From Candidatus Bathyarchaeota archaeon (GTDB lineage: Archaea; Thermoproteota; Bathyarchaeia; Bathyarchaeales; Bathycorpusculaceae): a stretch of 64,000 nucleotides of DNA. Below the pieces are notes generated by a model that saw nothing but the letters and a program-made list of their open reading frames with translations, did not search any database and was not told the DNA's origin. The position numbers and the translations under genes are program-made. Below are positions 23,084 through 34,968 of the stretch, piece by piece (within the stretch, counting starts at the first letter, position 1; every line of letters begins with the position of its first letter). The stretch is from NCBI GenBank assembly GCA_963827165.1, contig CAWGZR010000005.1, positions 906,560 through 970,559 of the forward strand, in the 5' to 3' direction.

Positions 23084-23110
23084 CTTTCCTTTCTTTTTTT
23101 TAAATTTTTT
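23084..23110 (+). terminator. U-rich archaeal terminator after paralog 1
   Basis: T-tract just after the stop. Similar tracts follow paralogs 2-5. Confidence 0.5.
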
Positions 23111-23137
23111 AGAAAATGATGAGAAAAAGAATACTGC

Positions 23138-23163
23138 GGCTGAATAGGCTCAGGTTATATTCG
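23138..23163 (+). repeat. Left-end fragment of repeat module C
   Basis: ggctgaataggctcaggttatattc matches ggctgagaaggctcgggttacactc at 51021. Confidence 0.55.
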
Positions 23164-23287
23164 ATTATTCGGGATCTTTTGCCTCATATTTTTCTGCATA
23201 CCTTATGTCTAATTAATTTTTTCTTCCGAATTAAGTCATACTCTGGACTGTTCCAATTCTTCGCCGACTGTATTCTAGTTTCTGTCT

Positions 23288-24184
23288 TTAAACCGTAGCT
23301 TTTCTTCCTCCACGTGTACTGAGTCGCCACACAAGAAGTGCTTCAACAAATAAAACCAAACTTGAAGCGAAAACAAAAGTGGGATTTAACGGAAACATGT
23401 AGCGGAGAATTCCATTAATTGACAGCGCAATCGATAAAACAAAGAAAACAATGCCAACAATGAAAAATGTGAGATACAACTTTCTGTTCCTCTTGTTCTT
23501 TTTGATCCAGCCTCCTAGAAAAAACAGCACTATACCCGTTAAAAGACTCATAGGAGGGATGATTTGGGTGGAAAGAAGAAGGTTCCTGGCAGCCAACGCA
23601 AAACTATGGTTCAATAAAGCATAGAGGGCAAACAATGAAAAAGAAGCCAGTGCTAACCATTTATCAAGAAGTTGCCCATTCGTTGCAGGCCCATAGGTTC
23701 TACGCCAAGGAACAGCCTTATACTCCTTCAAATCAGGATCGGAAAGCTTTGTAGCTTCGGGAGAATCTTCATTAATGAAAACAACGCGATCAGGCGGTTT
23801 CGTATCTACCAATTCCAGATTGCACCCGCCACCTTTCGAATTTGCAGCCAAAGTAAAGCGACCCCGCTTCACTAACCTTGAAAATGGAAAAAGCCACTCT
23901 ACACCCCTGTCTTTTTCTGTTGTGAAAGAATCTAAGAAACTGTGAAGGAACGCACCAAGTGCAAGCCAAACATTAACTAAGAATAAACCGGACAGAAAAA
24001 GAAGATTGTGGAAAAGTGCCCGATGAAACTGTTCTTCACGAAAAGTCATAGAGCTCACAAATATGTATTCTCTGTCAAGGTCGGGAATGAAGCTTCCAAT
24101 GCCTGCTAAAAGAGCGAAGTAGGGATTGCCTGTAAAGACAGCAGTGACGACACCAGCGAAAAAAATGTGACTGGCAAGATTCAA
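23288..24184 (-). CDS. Membrane-bound metal-dependent hydrolase (YdjM-like)
   Basis: SH...IPDLD...HRALFH...HSFLDSFT..G...LFP motif. Confidence 0.8.
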   Translation of the reverse strand: MNLASHIFFAGVVTAVFTGNPYFALLAGIGSFIPDLDREYIFVSSMTFREEQFHRALFHNLLFLSGLFLVNVWLALGAFLHSFLDSFTTEKDRGVEWLFPFSRLVKRGRFTLAANSKGGGCNLELVDTKPPDRVVFINEDSPEATKLSDPDLKEYKAVPWRRTYGPATNGQLLDKWLALASFSLFALYALLNHSFALAARNLLLSTQIIPPMSLLTGIVLFFLGGWIKKNKRNRKLYLTFFIVGIVFFVLSIALSINGILRYMFPLNPTFVFASSLVLFVEALLVWRLSTRGGRKATV

Positions 24185-24385
24185 AAATAAGACCTAATTA
24201 AGGGTAGTTGGTACTGAAATAAAAAGATTCATAATTTAGACTTTTATTTTGAGCGTTGGATTGACATTCACTTTTTGGCTTTTCTTAAAAGGTTCTTTTA
24301 GCAGAGATGAAAATATTGTTTGGTGTAGTCGAAGTATAGCAGCGACGGTTCACGTAAAACGAGCCAAGTATAACAATTTGTAAAG

Positions 24386-24745
24386 TTATTTTTTGTCAAC
24401 AGGTTTTTCGGGAGGCCTCAACTGGTTTCTTATTATTACGTAAAGCGCTAAAAAGAGCCCGCCAGCTATGACACCTGAAGTGATGCCCATGATGTAAAAT
24501 GCTTCCCACGCCGGCATAGAGTTGCTGAGGTATTTGAACGACCCGATAAGTATGAAGAGGGAAGCTGATCCGAGGAACGAAATTCCCAGAGCCATTAAAA
24601 CACTGCCAACAATGCTTACAATGAGAAGTTTCTTAATGCGTTTCTTAAAAGCAGTTTCCGCTTCATTCAAGTATTCTTTGAGCAGAGCTTTTATCTCATT
24701 TAGAATTACACCGAGCAATTCCCTTAAAGAAATCTTTTCTGACAT
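24386..24745 (-). CDS. Two-TM membrane protein (holin-X/YqjE-like)
   Basis: Amphipathic helix followed by two TM segments. Confidence 0.55.
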   Translation of the reverse strand: MSEKISLRELLGVILNEIKALLKEYLNEAETAFKKRIKKLLIVSIVGSVLMALGISFLGSASLFILIGSFKYLSNSMPAWEAFYIMGITSGVIAGGLFLALYVIIRNQLRPPEKPVDKK

Positions 24746-25029
24746 TTAATATTCACTCACTCACTTTCAAAAACAAATCAATCGAATCTCAAAATCCAAT
24801 ATTTCACGCAGGCTGGCGGAGTATCGGTATTTCAACATCCTTATATTTAGTTTATCTTGAAAGCTTATTTTAAGATTGTGAAAAAGGATAAACATCTAAA
24901 ACAAATTTTTTTTAAGAGTTGTAACCAAATGCTTTTTTGGGCGCCGTTAAATTAGTAATTACGGTCTTGAGGTGCGATAAAATCAATTATTCTTTTGATT
25001 GCTCTTGTTTATGGGAGAGATAGTTTGTT

Positions 25030-25530
25030 TTGTCAAAACGTGTTCTATACATCTTGGATTCGTTAAGACTGCGAGTTATAAGGTTGACAGGTCACCGACG
25101 GACTAAAATTAACATCGATGTGTTTGCTAATCCGGAAAAATATTTAGTGCGTTTGCCGATCGATAAAATCGTTGCTGACACAAAAGTCGACCCAGAAACC
25201 ATAGCGATGTATAAGAAGAAAATCGAAAACGGAGAAAGAATTGCCCCCTTAATCGTTGTTAAGCATCCTAAATATGATGTATACGCAGTTTTAGATGGTC
25301 ACCATAGGTATTACGCACTCTTAGAATTGGGAAAGAAAGAAATTGATTGTGCCCTGGCAGGAGATTTCTCCAGCGTAGTGTTTTATATGACTGAGCACGG
25401 TTATTTCCAACCTAAACCTGAAACCAAGGAAGAGGATCAAAAAAAGATTATCCATTTACATGAAAATGTCCAAGATTTTCTTCACAATTTTTTGAAAGAT
25501 CCTAACAAACCTAAGACTCCTTATAGGTAA
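25030..25530 (+). CDS. Stand-alone ParB/sulfiredoxin-like domain protein
   Basis: PLIV...YAVLDGHHRYYA motif. Confidence 0.75.
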   Translation: MSKRVLYILDSLRLRVIRLTGHRRTKINIDVFANPEKYLVRLPIDKIVADTKVDPETIAMYKKKIENGERIAPLIVVKHPKYDVYAVLDGHHRYYALLELGKKEIDCALAGDFSSVVFYMTEHGYFQPKPETKEEDQKKIIHLHENVQDFLHNFLKDPNKPKTPYR

Positions 25531-25602
25531 AAATCAAATTGAAGCTTCAGTTCCAAGTTTTCCATTGCGAAAAAATAAAAAAAGAAGTGGCGTTGGTGAT
25601 AA

Positions 25603-27777
25603 CTAATTTAGCTCTACTTTGGCTAGTAGGCTTAGGTCGCTGAGATTGTTTAGCTGCACTCTGTTTTGGCTGATGGTGTATAGGACATTATTGATGTACA
25701 GTGAACGGGTGATGAAGTATTGGCTTTCACTCCACGGATACTGTCCTGCTGCTGCAAGAGACGGGTTCGCGAGATAAGTTGCGGCATTGTCTAACTGTGT
25801 TATGTTGCCTTGAATTGTAATGCCGTTTGTGAGGTCAATCTTGAATACGTATGCTCCTTGCCAAACGAATTGCGGATAATTAGTTTCAGATGGTATCATC
25901 GGGGCGGGGGCGGGAATTGCTATCCCACTGCCGGTCCCTGTTGATCCCGATGACGCGTTAGTTGTGCTGTTTGCTGTTTCGTACAGTTCAACTGGAAGGA
26001 CTAGGAGGTTGCGAGATGCGTCAAAGAGGATAGCTTTAGGGTCGGTGAGAGCTTCGGATGTTGTGCCACTGTCGCCTATAACGATGCTTGAAGTTTCCTT
26101 CGGGCTTGCGACATTACTTACGTCGAATAGGGAAATTTTCAAACCTAAAACTGCGGTGTAATATACGTCTCCTGGAATTTCGACTTTGTTTGCATCAATG
26201 CTGGCGTTTACATCTTGGCCGATTCCTATCAGATGTGTTGCGTCGTAGGGCTGAAGGAAATCTGAATATCCGGGGATCGTAAGATTGCCAAGAACCATGG
26301 GGTTGGTGGGTTGACTTAAGTCGACAACAAACAGCGGATCAATTTGGTTGAAGGTAACTAAGTAACATCGATCGCCTATGAATCGGGCTGAATGCAGTTC
26401 TTCTCCGCTAGCCAGATTTTCGAGTTTTCCCACGACTTGCAAGTTCGAATCTAAAACATACAGGTTATTCTCTTGAGTTGACGTTGTTGAGGTGTAATCG
26501 TAGGAGGTAGTGGCTATGCGGAAGTTACCGTTGTATTCATCCATCGAGTACTGGTTCATGACAGTGCCTGTAACGTTTCCTGTTGCTGCAAGCGTAAAAG
26601 ATGGACCTGAGATTGCGATGCGGTAAATCTCGGTTCCCTGCGAATAAAGCTGCACCGGCATAATAGGCATTGGCACAATGGCTGTTCCCTGTTGATTCGT
26701 CGTTGTCGAAGTGCTTTGATAGGTGGATACTTCGTCAGTCAGATAGATGTTGCTTTGGGAAACGTATATCGACCCCGCACTGCCCATGAGGATAGTTGTG
26801 CTTACTGCTTGTTCTTGAGCGTTTTCGATGTTTACTGCCATTATAGTTGTGTACATGTAGGCTGAATCCGAATTGTTAACGTAGTAAATGTTTGTAGCCG
26901 CTACCGTAGATGCTGCTTGCCCCGAGAAAACTGTCGGAAGCAAAACGGTCCCATTTAACAGGTAAGCGTTCTCAGAGATTATATCGTAAACATAATTACC
27001 AATCATTCGACTGTCAACGTAGCTGCCGCTCATTGTAATATTCCGTGTTAGCACTGGATTAGCTTTGTTGGAAACATCATATACGTAAACAAAGTTTGTG
27101 CTGGTGGTCCAACTTGGAAACATGACGTTGGTCGGATATAACCCGTGAAAGCTTCCGTAAACCGCGTAGGGTATATAGTTGCTCCCTAGAACGGCAAGTT
27201 CGTTGCCGTCTGCGCTAAGATAAATTCCCATTGGGCTACTGTTGTCAAAAGATATTTTGCTGAGAACTTTAGCATTTTGTGGGTTTTGCGAGCTGGCATC
27301 TAAAATGTATACAACTTGGCTATTGTTGCCTATGGTGTAGATGTATTGACCATCAGTTTTTACTGTGTCTGCTTCATCAACGCCTGCAACTTGGATGTTA
27401 GTTGTTGAATAATCATTTGTAGCCCCTTGTGAAGTTGAAGATGCTGCTGTAGGCGCTGGCACTGCTGCAGGTGCCATCTCATTAAAAGTTCCTGTGGTAT
27501 ACATCAAATTACCCGAAGTGTCCAGGTTTGAGCTGCTGCTTTGGTTTAGGTAGTTTTTGAGTTCATCATATGAAGCAAAAGTTTTCAGGGAGGTTTGTGT
27601 TCCTAGCGTTTGAGTTCCAAGCGTCTGTGCTGCCTGAGATGACCCTGGCTGTCTGGATGCAGCAGGAGAAATCCCTGGGGTGTCGTAAGCGTAAATCATC
27701 GCCACAAGGACAATAGCTAAAAGTAACGCAATTAAACCATAAGTTTTTGTTTTCTTCATAACTTCTTTCTGAACCAT
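25603..27777 (-). CDS. Secreted beta-propeller domain protein (Beta_propel family)
   Basis: YSTTNIQVAGVDEADTVKTDG, NQYSMDEY..FRIATT and YLVTF..IDPLFVVDLS motifs. Confidence 0.9.
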   Translation of the reverse strand: MVQKEVMKKTKTYGLIALLLAIVLVAMIYAYDTPGISPAASRQPGSSQAAQTLGTQTLGTQTSLKTFASYDELKNYLNQSSSSNLDTSGNLMYTTGTFNEMAPAAVPAPTAASSTSQGATNDYSTTNIQVAGVDEADTVKTDGQYIYTIGNNSQVVYILDASSQNPQNAKVLSKISFDNSSPMGIYLSADGNELAVLGSNYIPYAVYGSFHGLYPTNVMFPSWTTSTNFVYVYDVSNKANPVLTRNITMSGSYVDSRMIGNYVYDIISENAYLLNGTVLLPTVFSGQAASTVAATNIYYVNNSDSAYMYTTIMAVNIENAQEQAVSTTILMGSAGSIYVSQSNIYLTDEVSTYQSTSTTTNQQGTAIVPMPIMPVQLYSQGTEIYRIAISGPSFTLAATGNVTGTVMNQYSMDEYNGNFRIATTSYDYTSTTSTQENNLYVLDSNLQVVGKLENLASGEELHSARFIGDRCYLVTFNQIDPLFVVDLSQPTNPMVLGNLTIPGYSDFLQPYDATHLIGIGQDVNASIDANKVEIPGDVYYTAVLGLKISLFDVSNVASPKETSSIVIGDSGTTSEALTDPKAILFDASRNLLVLPVELYETANSTTNASSGSTGTGSGIAIPAPAPMIPSETNYPQFVWQGAYVFKIDLTNGITIQGNITQLDNAATYLANPSLAAAGQYPWSESQYFITRSLYINNVLYTISQNRVQLNNLSDLSLLAKVELN

Positions 27778-27969
27778 TTTTCTCTTCGCCTGAAGAGTGT
27801 TAAGTCAACGGTTTATATGATGCTATATCTAAGAACAGGCTGTCCAGTTTTCAGAACGGACGCATTTATTGTAAAATCCATAGCCTCAGCAAACTCCAAA
27901 TTACAAGAAAAAGAACTTTCAATTGAAAAGATCAAGCAGTCACATTTGAAGTTGGCTTTTAAAACTTAA

Positions 27970-28948
27970 TTAGAGAAGGAATGCGAAGCGGTTTAGCGGC
28001 CATGCTGGGAAGTTTGGCGTTACGAAGATGTCTAACTGCTCAATATTCTGTATTTTTTTGATGTTCTCAACCAATTTAAAGTATTGCTGGAAATCCTCAA
28101 AAACCACGTGTGCGAACAAGTCGTAAATTCCGATGTATTTGACAAGGACTATTAGGTTGGGTATATTTAGCAGCTCTGCTGCTACCTCTGACGTCGTACC
28201 TTTGTTTGCGAGTTTTATAAAGAAATAAGCCCCCGCGGCATAACCAAGTTTATCCAGATCAATGGTAATTGTGGAAAGGTACAGCAGGTTTTCTCTTAGC
28301 TTTTTGTATCTTTTGATTACGTTTTTAGGTGAAGTACCAAGCTGCTCCGCAATTTTTCTAAATGAGGTTCTCGATTTCTGAGTCAATATCTTCGCGATTT
28401 TTCTATCCATTTCATCTAGTTCAACTTCTGATTCTTTCATTTCCACGGTTGCAGATTTGGGTCCGATCTTTCCGCTGGAAGGTTTAACTATCAAGTTTTC
28501 CGGATGCTCTATTATTACTTCATTGACCAAAATTAGAGAATCAACACGTTTTATTAACTGGCTTTCTTCCAACTCTTGCTGCATTTTACTTAATTTGTCA
28601 ATATTGCGTAAAGCAACTTGAGTGCCGATACTGTATTTTCCGAAATTTTTAAAGACTCGTGGTATGTAGGGCTTGCTTGCTAGAAAGTCCATAGCTTTGT
28701 CTTCATTTTCTGAATTAACCACCATTCCAATGAGGCAAATATAGCGATACCCTAAGGCGTAAGGGTTTACTAGGCATGGTTTCTCCATTGATTATTCCTA
28801 TTTTCCATAGGTGTTTGTATCGCATTCTTATTGCTGCCACACTAATTTTGCAGTCTTTGGCAATTTTACTAAAGCTGGTGCGCGATTCGCTTAGAAGGGT
28901 TTTTATGATTATAGCGTCGATTTCATCAATGGTTGTTCCGCAGGCCAT
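27970..28948 (-). CDS. Tandem-domain Lrp/AsnC transcriptional regulator (frameshift near 28780)
   Basis: Two D..D..I...L....R.SF..IA HTH units plus RAM domains. Divergent from paralog 2. Confidence 0.85.
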
Positions 28949-29078
28949 TTTTAGCACTTGTCGCATTCTAAAGAGTTGTGATCATGTTAAGCTTTACTAT
29001 CTTTTTCTTTAGCACATTATGAATGTATCACTGTAAATTTAGTTTAATTTGTGTCGAATATTTGGTCATTTAAGTAAG

Positions 29079-29090
29079 ATTATAAATACT
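29079..29090 (+). promoter_or_regulatory. TATA box of paralog 2
   Basis: attataaatac about 45 bp upstream of the AAGGAG-preceded ATG. Confidence 0.5.
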
Positions 29091-29128
29091 TGAATCTCTG
29101 AGAATGGTTTTCACAGTAAAGGAGAAAA

Positions 29129-31837
29129 ATGAAAAATATGCTTAAACCAAAAAGCAAAATTGTAACTATCGTAATTGCGATGTTTTTGATGCTTTCAATG
29201 GCAGCTTCAATGATGCTAATACCAAACGCCAAAGCACAATCCAGTTCAACAGTAGTTACCTCATATGCTTACATTGCCGCGTTTCCAAATCCAGTAGGCG
29301 TCGGCCAAACAGTATCAGTCGACATGTGGCTAAGCAGAGTAATTCCAGGAGCAGACTTAAGCAATAATATTCGATGGCACAACTACCAGCTCACAATTAC
29401 AGCACCCGACGGGACAAACACAACCCAAAGCTGGGCTGCAGTCTTAGACACAACATCAAACCAAGACTATTCGTTTACTCCCTCTCAAACAGGCACGTAC
29501 ACTTTAACTTTCCACTTTCCAGGGCAAACATACACTTGGCCGCCATTCATGAGTATGTTCGGACCAGAAAATTACCAGGGCACCGTTTATGGAAGTGCCT
29601 CTGCGGTAACAACAGTCACAGTACAGCAGACACCACTAAGCTACTATCCAACAACCCCACTTCCGACACAGTATTGGACAAGACCAATATACGGCTTGAA
29701 TTCTAATTGGGACACGATCTCTTCAAACTGGCTTGGTCAAGGTTCGCCTGGCTACTCGAATGGCTTGCTAGGTGCCAGCGCTCCCGCTGACGCAGTGGGA
29801 TCACTGACTAGCCACGTGATGTGGACACAGCCAATGGAAATGGGCGGCGTTGTAGGAGGAAACATCTTCTCTGCAGAACAAGGAGCGACATACTTCGAGG
29901 GATCCGCATATCAAAACAGATTCATAAACCCGATAATAGTTGACGGCTACCTGTACTTCACTGAACCATTATCATTCTCTGGACCAAGCTCAGGAGCAAC
30001 GGTCTGCGAAAACCTGCAAACGGGGCAAATCGTTTGGAGCAGCACCAGTGTACCCGCACTTTCCTTTGCCTACCTGTACAACGTTGAAAGCCCTAACCAA
30101 CACGGAGTTTATCCACCAATTCTAGTTCAAACCGTTGGAGGATCATTCCTTGGACCCCCAGTGCCTCTAAAATGGAACTGTTTTGATGGCTTCACAGGAG
30201 ACTTCATGTTCAGCGTAACTGGCGTTCCCACTGGCACAGCAGTGCTTGGCCCCGAAGGTGAATACTTGATAGTCAGCTTAGTAAACTTGGGTACCATGGC
30301 GAAGCCGAACTACTATCTGCAAGAATGGAACTCATCAAGACTATGGGGAAACAACTATTCAGGGTCATCCACATCTCCCCCAGTGATCCCACCGATTAGT
30401 GATCAAGGCGACAATCTAACCGCAACCTGGGCTGGAGGCATGGTCGGCACGGGCTTCGCAGCTACCTATGTTCCAAGTATGTATGACTGGAATGTTTCAG
30501 TTTCTGCGCTAAACACACTCACTTCAACGCCAACAATAGAGAACGCTTACTACAACAACATCGCGATACTCGAGGCTGGGGTATTGCCAAATGCGGGTAA
30601 CAACCCATTTGGTGCACCAAGTTCGACCCCCTATGAGTACGTCGGCATAAACCTTAACCAGAACACTGGCAAAATCGGAGATACGCTTTGGACAAACACC
30701 GTTAACCCACCAACCGGCAACCTAACCGTTGGATACACTGGAGCAGACCCAACAGCAAACGGCGGAAAAGGAGTCTTCACCGAATACTATACAGAAACGA
30801 TGCAGTTTGTAGGATACAGTATGGCAACAGGCAAACAAATCTGGGGTCCGACAACACCACAGGACGCATACAACTTCTTCGCAATGGGATACGGCGGTCA
30901 AGGACCTACTTTGGCTTACGGCAAAATGTACGAAGGCGGATACGGTGGAGTAGTATACTGCTATGACCTAGCAACTGGAAACATACTGTGGACCTACGGT
31001 AATGGCGACGCCGGCAACAGCACTAACGCTGGCCTTACCTTTGCTCGTCCATACCCAACTATCATATCAGCAATCGGCAACGGAGTAGTTTATACAATCA
31101 CTAGCGAACACACCACCACAAACCCAATCTACAAAGGAGCATTAGCCCGAGCCATAAACGCCACTACTGGAGCAGAAATTTGGACACTTTCCAACGACAA
31201 TAACGGCGGCCCACAAGCATACGCTATCGCAGACGGCTACTGCACTACGTTCAACGGCTATGATGACCAAGTCTACGTTATGGGCAGAGGACCCAGCGCC
31301 ACCACTGCAAACGCTCAAGCCTTCGGCGACTCGGTAGTTATTAGCGGTACAGTCACTGATATTTCTGCGGGCACAAAACAGAACCAGCAAGCAGCTGACT
31401 TTCCAAACGGCGTCCCAGTAGCATCTGACTCAATCATGCAGGACTGGATGGCATATGTTTATCAACAGCAGCCAATGCCAACCAACTTCAAAGGAGTCCA
31501 AGTTGACATTTAGCGTCTTAGACTCTAACAACAACTACAGGCAAATAGTCTGAGCCATAGCCAACGAAATGGAATGTACACCCTAACTTGGAAACCTGAC
31601 ATATCAGGCAACTACACAGTTTATGCAAGCTTCGCTGGAACCAATGGTTACTGGCCATCATCCGACACAGCAGCCTTCTACGCAAGCGCCGCAGCGCCAA
31701 CAACAGCACCAACAGCGACACCTATCGCCGGCTTAGCCTCAAATAACACACTGATGTACGGGCTCGTAACGATAATCGTTGTGATAGTCATAATCGGCGC
31801 AGTGCTATCTATCCTCGTCACACGAAAGCATCCATAA
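29129..31837 (+). CDS. PQQ-type beta-propeller surface protein (paralog 2; frameshifts near 31510-31570)
   Basis: Same architecture as paralog 1; ends in TM plus RKHP. Confidence 0.85.
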
Positions 31838-31960
31838 GCTAAACAAAGCCAATCAACAAATCCTTTCCTTTTTTTAGTCCCTAAAAATCATTTATACAGT
31901 TCTTATTTTCTTCAAGATTAAATCAATCTTGACTCTAATCCTAAAACAATTTTCTCCATT

Positions 31961-32020
31961 TGCAGGGGAAGTATTCGAACCCAAACCGGATAAAGACCGC
32001 CTCTATAGAATTTGAGCATC
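31961..32020 (-). repeat. tRNA 3'-end-derived repeat (module B)
   Basis: tgcaggggaagtattcgaacccaaaccggata is the reverse complement of a T-loop plus acceptor strand; similar to 51197 and 60816. Confidence 0.55.
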
Positions 32021-32168
32021 TCAAGGTACGATGAAGCGGAAGGCGGGAAATTAAGCGGGAAGTTTATGAAGTTCTTATCCGCTACTGAGTCATTATTAAG
32101 AAAATAACCTCGTATTCGGTTAAGGTGTCGAGATCCGCGGTTAAATGGAGAGAGGAGTTGAAGTAATC

Positions 32169-33725
32169 ATGCCTACGATAGTGGAAATGCTTGAAAAGAA
32201 TGCCCGCAAATATCCCAATGATGTGGCATTGATTGAGCTAACACCTAGCCAAAACTGCCGCAAACAAATTACTTGGAAAGAATTTGACAATGAAGCTAAT
32301 CGTATTGCGAATTATCTGCTTCAAAAAGGTATTAAAAAAGACGACAAAGTAATCCATTGGATGCGTAATTCTATCTCCTGGCTTGTAGCCTATTTCGGCA
32401 TCATTAAAACCGGTGCCTGGGCAGTCCCTCTAAACTATCGTTTCAACGCAAAGGATTTCAAATACTGCTCTGAAATAGCAGAAGCCAAAACGATTATCTT
32501 CGAGGATTTTTTCCTGAAAACTGTTCAGGAAGTAAAACCTCCTACCATTATAGAGTACATCTATCTGGGACCAAATCTCCCGTCAGGAATGACCAGTTAC
32601 GACGATATTCTAAAAGCAACCAATGCGGCTGCTCCCGAAATCAAGCTGAAGCCCAATGATGAATGTGGCTTATATTTTACATCAGGTACTACGGGGGACC
32701 CCAAACCGGTTCTCTTAACACACAAAAACATGACATTCACAGCTAAAGTTGAGCAAATACATCATCACCAGACTCACGACGACAATTTTATTCTTCTGCC
32801 ACCTCTCTATCATACTGGTGCCAAGATGCACTGGTTCGGCAGCCTCATAACCGGAGCTAAGTGCACTATTTTAACCGAAGTTAGTCCGAAAAACGTGTTG
32901 GATGCGGTCAGTAAGGAACGGGGAACCATCGTTTGGCTGCTTGTCCCATGGGTCCACGATATTTTGGTGGCTCTTGATACAGGTGCTCTAAAGCTGAACG
33001 AATACGACTTAACCTCTTGGCGTTTAATGCACATTGGTGCTCAACCGGTTCCTCCAGCTCTTGTGCAGCATTGGCTGAATTATTTCCCCAATATGGCTTA
33101 CGACAATAATTATGGCCTCAGCGAATCCACTGGACCCGGTTCAGTGCACCTGGGATTGGAAAACGAGTTCCGGGCTGGCGCTGTCGGTAAAGTAGGATGT
33201 GGTTGGCATCTTAAGATCGTAACTGAGGATGACCGTGATATTCCACCTGGGATGATTGGGGAACTGTGCGTCAAGGGTGACGGTGTGATGCGTGAATATT
33301 ACAAAAATCCTGAATTAACAGCGAAAACTGTCGTTGAGGGCTGGCTGCATACTGGTGATATGGCACGCATAGATGAAGATGGCTATGTTTATCTGGTTGA
33401 CCGCAAGAAAGACCTGATTATTGTGGGCGGTGAGAATATTTATCCCATAGAGATTGAAGACGCCATTCATAACCATCCTAAAGTATATGACGTAGCCGTG
33501 ATCGGCATCCCCGATGATCGTCTGGGAGAAATAATCGGTGCAGTCATCGACGTTAAACCTGGAGAAACCTTAACTGAAAAAGAAATCATGACACTTATTG
33601 AAGGTCTACTGCCCAAGTATAAGCGACCCCGCAAGATCATTTTTGATAAAGTGCCACGCAATCCCACCGGAAAGATCGAAAAAACCAAACTACGACTCAA
33701 ACACGGAAAACAAAATCAAGGTTAA
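32169..33725 (+). CDS. Acyl-CoA synthetase (class I adenylate-forming enzyme)
   Basis: FTSGTTGDPK, YGLSES, WLHTGD, DRKKDLI and PRNPTGKI motifs. Confidence 0.92.
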   Translation: MPTIVEMLEKNARKYPNDVALIELTPSQNCRKQITWKEFDNEANRIANYLLQKGIKKDDKVIHWMRNSISWLVAYFGIIKTGAWAVPLNYRFNAKDFKYCSEIAEAKTIIFEDFFLKTVQEVKPPTIIEYIYLGPNLPSGMTSYDDILKATNAAAPEIKLKPNDECGLYFTSGTTGDPKPVLLTHKNMTFTAKVEQIHHHQTHDDNFILLPPLYHTGAKMHWFGSLITGAKCTILTEVSPKNVLDAVSKERGTIVWLLVPWVHDILVALDTGALKLNEYDLTSWRLMHIGAQPVPPALVQHWLNYFPNMAYDNNYGLSESTGPGSVHLGLENEFRAGAVGKVGCGWHLKIVTEDDRDIPPGMIGELCVKGDGVMREYYKNPELTAKTVVEGWLHTGDMARIDEDGYVYLVDRKKDLIIVGGENIYPIEIEDAIHNHPKVYDVAVIGIPDDRLGEIIGAVIDVKPGETLTEKEIMTLIEGLLPKYKRPRKIIFDKVPRNPTGKIEKTKLRLKHGKQNQG

Positions 33726-33808
33726 CTCGCGCTCATACGTGATTTTGCCACAAACAAGCGGTTCCACAAAAAGTAGCCGCCAAAGGACCTGATGCTTGGA
33801 AGTTATTC

Positions 33809-33838
33809 TGGTGGATTGGGCGATTTGAACCCCAACCT
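33809..33838 (-). repeat. tRNA 3'-end-derived repeat (module A), includes CCA
   Basis: The reverse complement reads ggggttcaaatcgcccaatccACCA. Confidence 0.7.
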
Positions 33839-33907
33839 TTTAGGAGATCGCAATGTGCAGATTATTTATATCAGCGATAAACTTTAGCATAAGTTAGGTG
33901 TCGATTT

Positions 33908-34858
33908 TTGGGTCTTTATTCTTTCAAGAGCATACTTGATCCTCTTGCTCCTTTTGATTTCTCACAGTCACTTGCCTACTTATCCGACTTTAGCCCCCTG
34001 AAAAATGAGCAAGTTGTCAGCAACAACTCGTTTTCGAAAGCGGTTGAAATCAAAGGAAAAACAATTGCGTTTGAAGTTACCGAATTAGGAAATGTCGAAA
34101 ACCCAAAACTACAATTTACTGCCTACTCAGAAACAAGATTTACCTCTGAAATTGAACAGTTGGTCGCTGACAGGATCAGCTTCTTTCTAAGCCTTCAAGA
34201 TGACCTGAGAGAATTCTATAAAATCGCTGATCAGGATGAATGTTTTAAACCTATAATAAAACGGTTTTACGGTCATAAGCAAGTAAAGTTTTTGACCCCT
34301 TTTGAGATAACTTGCTGGGCAATTCTGGGCCAAAGAATACCTATGGCTGTGGCACACAAAATGAAAGAGCGGCTAGTTGAAAAATTCGGCGGTCACATCA
34401 ACATGAACGATAATGAATACCGAACGTTTCCTGAGCCAGCAACAATAAACGAGGCTGAGTTTTCAAAACTGCTTGAAACGATTCATATCGAGAAAAAAGC
34501 TGAATGGATTTCAGGAGCAGCAAAAGCGTTTAACCATATGGATGAACAATGGCTAAGAACCGCACCTTACGACGACGTTTATGTTTGGTTAACAAATATC
34601 AAAGGCATCGGCGAATGGTCAGCCAACTTCATTATGATAAGGGGATTGGGAAGAATGGAAAAACTCTCAAGTCTTGGCCCCGAGATTGCAACAAGTGCCT
34701 CAAAAATCTACACTGGAAATGATGAAGTAATGCCCGATCAAGAATTATGCGAGATAGCTGACAAATATGGTCAATGGAAAGGCTACTGGGCATATTACCT
34801 TAGAATCTATGCCGAATTTCTTTACGTCTTTGAGGTCGGCAAAAAACAACTTAATTGA
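33908..34858 (+). CDS. alkA: DNA-3-methyladenine glycosylase II (AlkA/HhH-GPD family)
   Basis: TPFE...AILGQ, FPEP, LTNIKGIGEWSA HhH motif, W.GYWAYYL. Confidence 0.8.
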   Translation: MGLYSFKSILDPLAPFDFSQSLAYLSDFSPLKNEQVVSNNSFSKAVEIKGKTIAFEVTELGNVENPKLQFTAYSETRFTSEIEQLVADRISFFLSLQDDLREFYKIADQDECFKPIIKRFYGHKQVKFLTPFEITCWAILGQRIPMAVAHKMKERLVEKFGGHINMNDNEYRTFPEPATINEAEFSKLLETIHIEKKAEWISGAAKAFNHMDEQWLRTAPYDDVYVWLTNIKGIGEWSANFIMIRGLGRMEKLSSLGPEIATSASKIYTGNDEVMPDQELCEIADKYGQWKGYWAYYLRIYAEFLYVFEVGKKQLN

Positions 34859-34903
34859 ATAAATGCAAACTTTTCAGAAACAATGAGTTTGATGATTCGA
34901 GAT

Positions 34904-34968
34904 GTGGACTGGTGATTTGAACACGTACCTGCTGGTAATTTCACCGTATTGCCTTTTTCTTTTTTTAG
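34904..34968 (-). repeat. tRNA 3'-end-derived repeat (module A)
   Basis: gtggactggtgatttgaac followed by a degenerate tgg..atttcaccg..ctttt tail. Confidence 0.65.

Noticed and set aside
24386-25530. Prophage or plasmid (holin-like plus ParB-like genes)
   Set aside because: There are no structural, ParA or replication genes. Both families commonly occur stand-alone.
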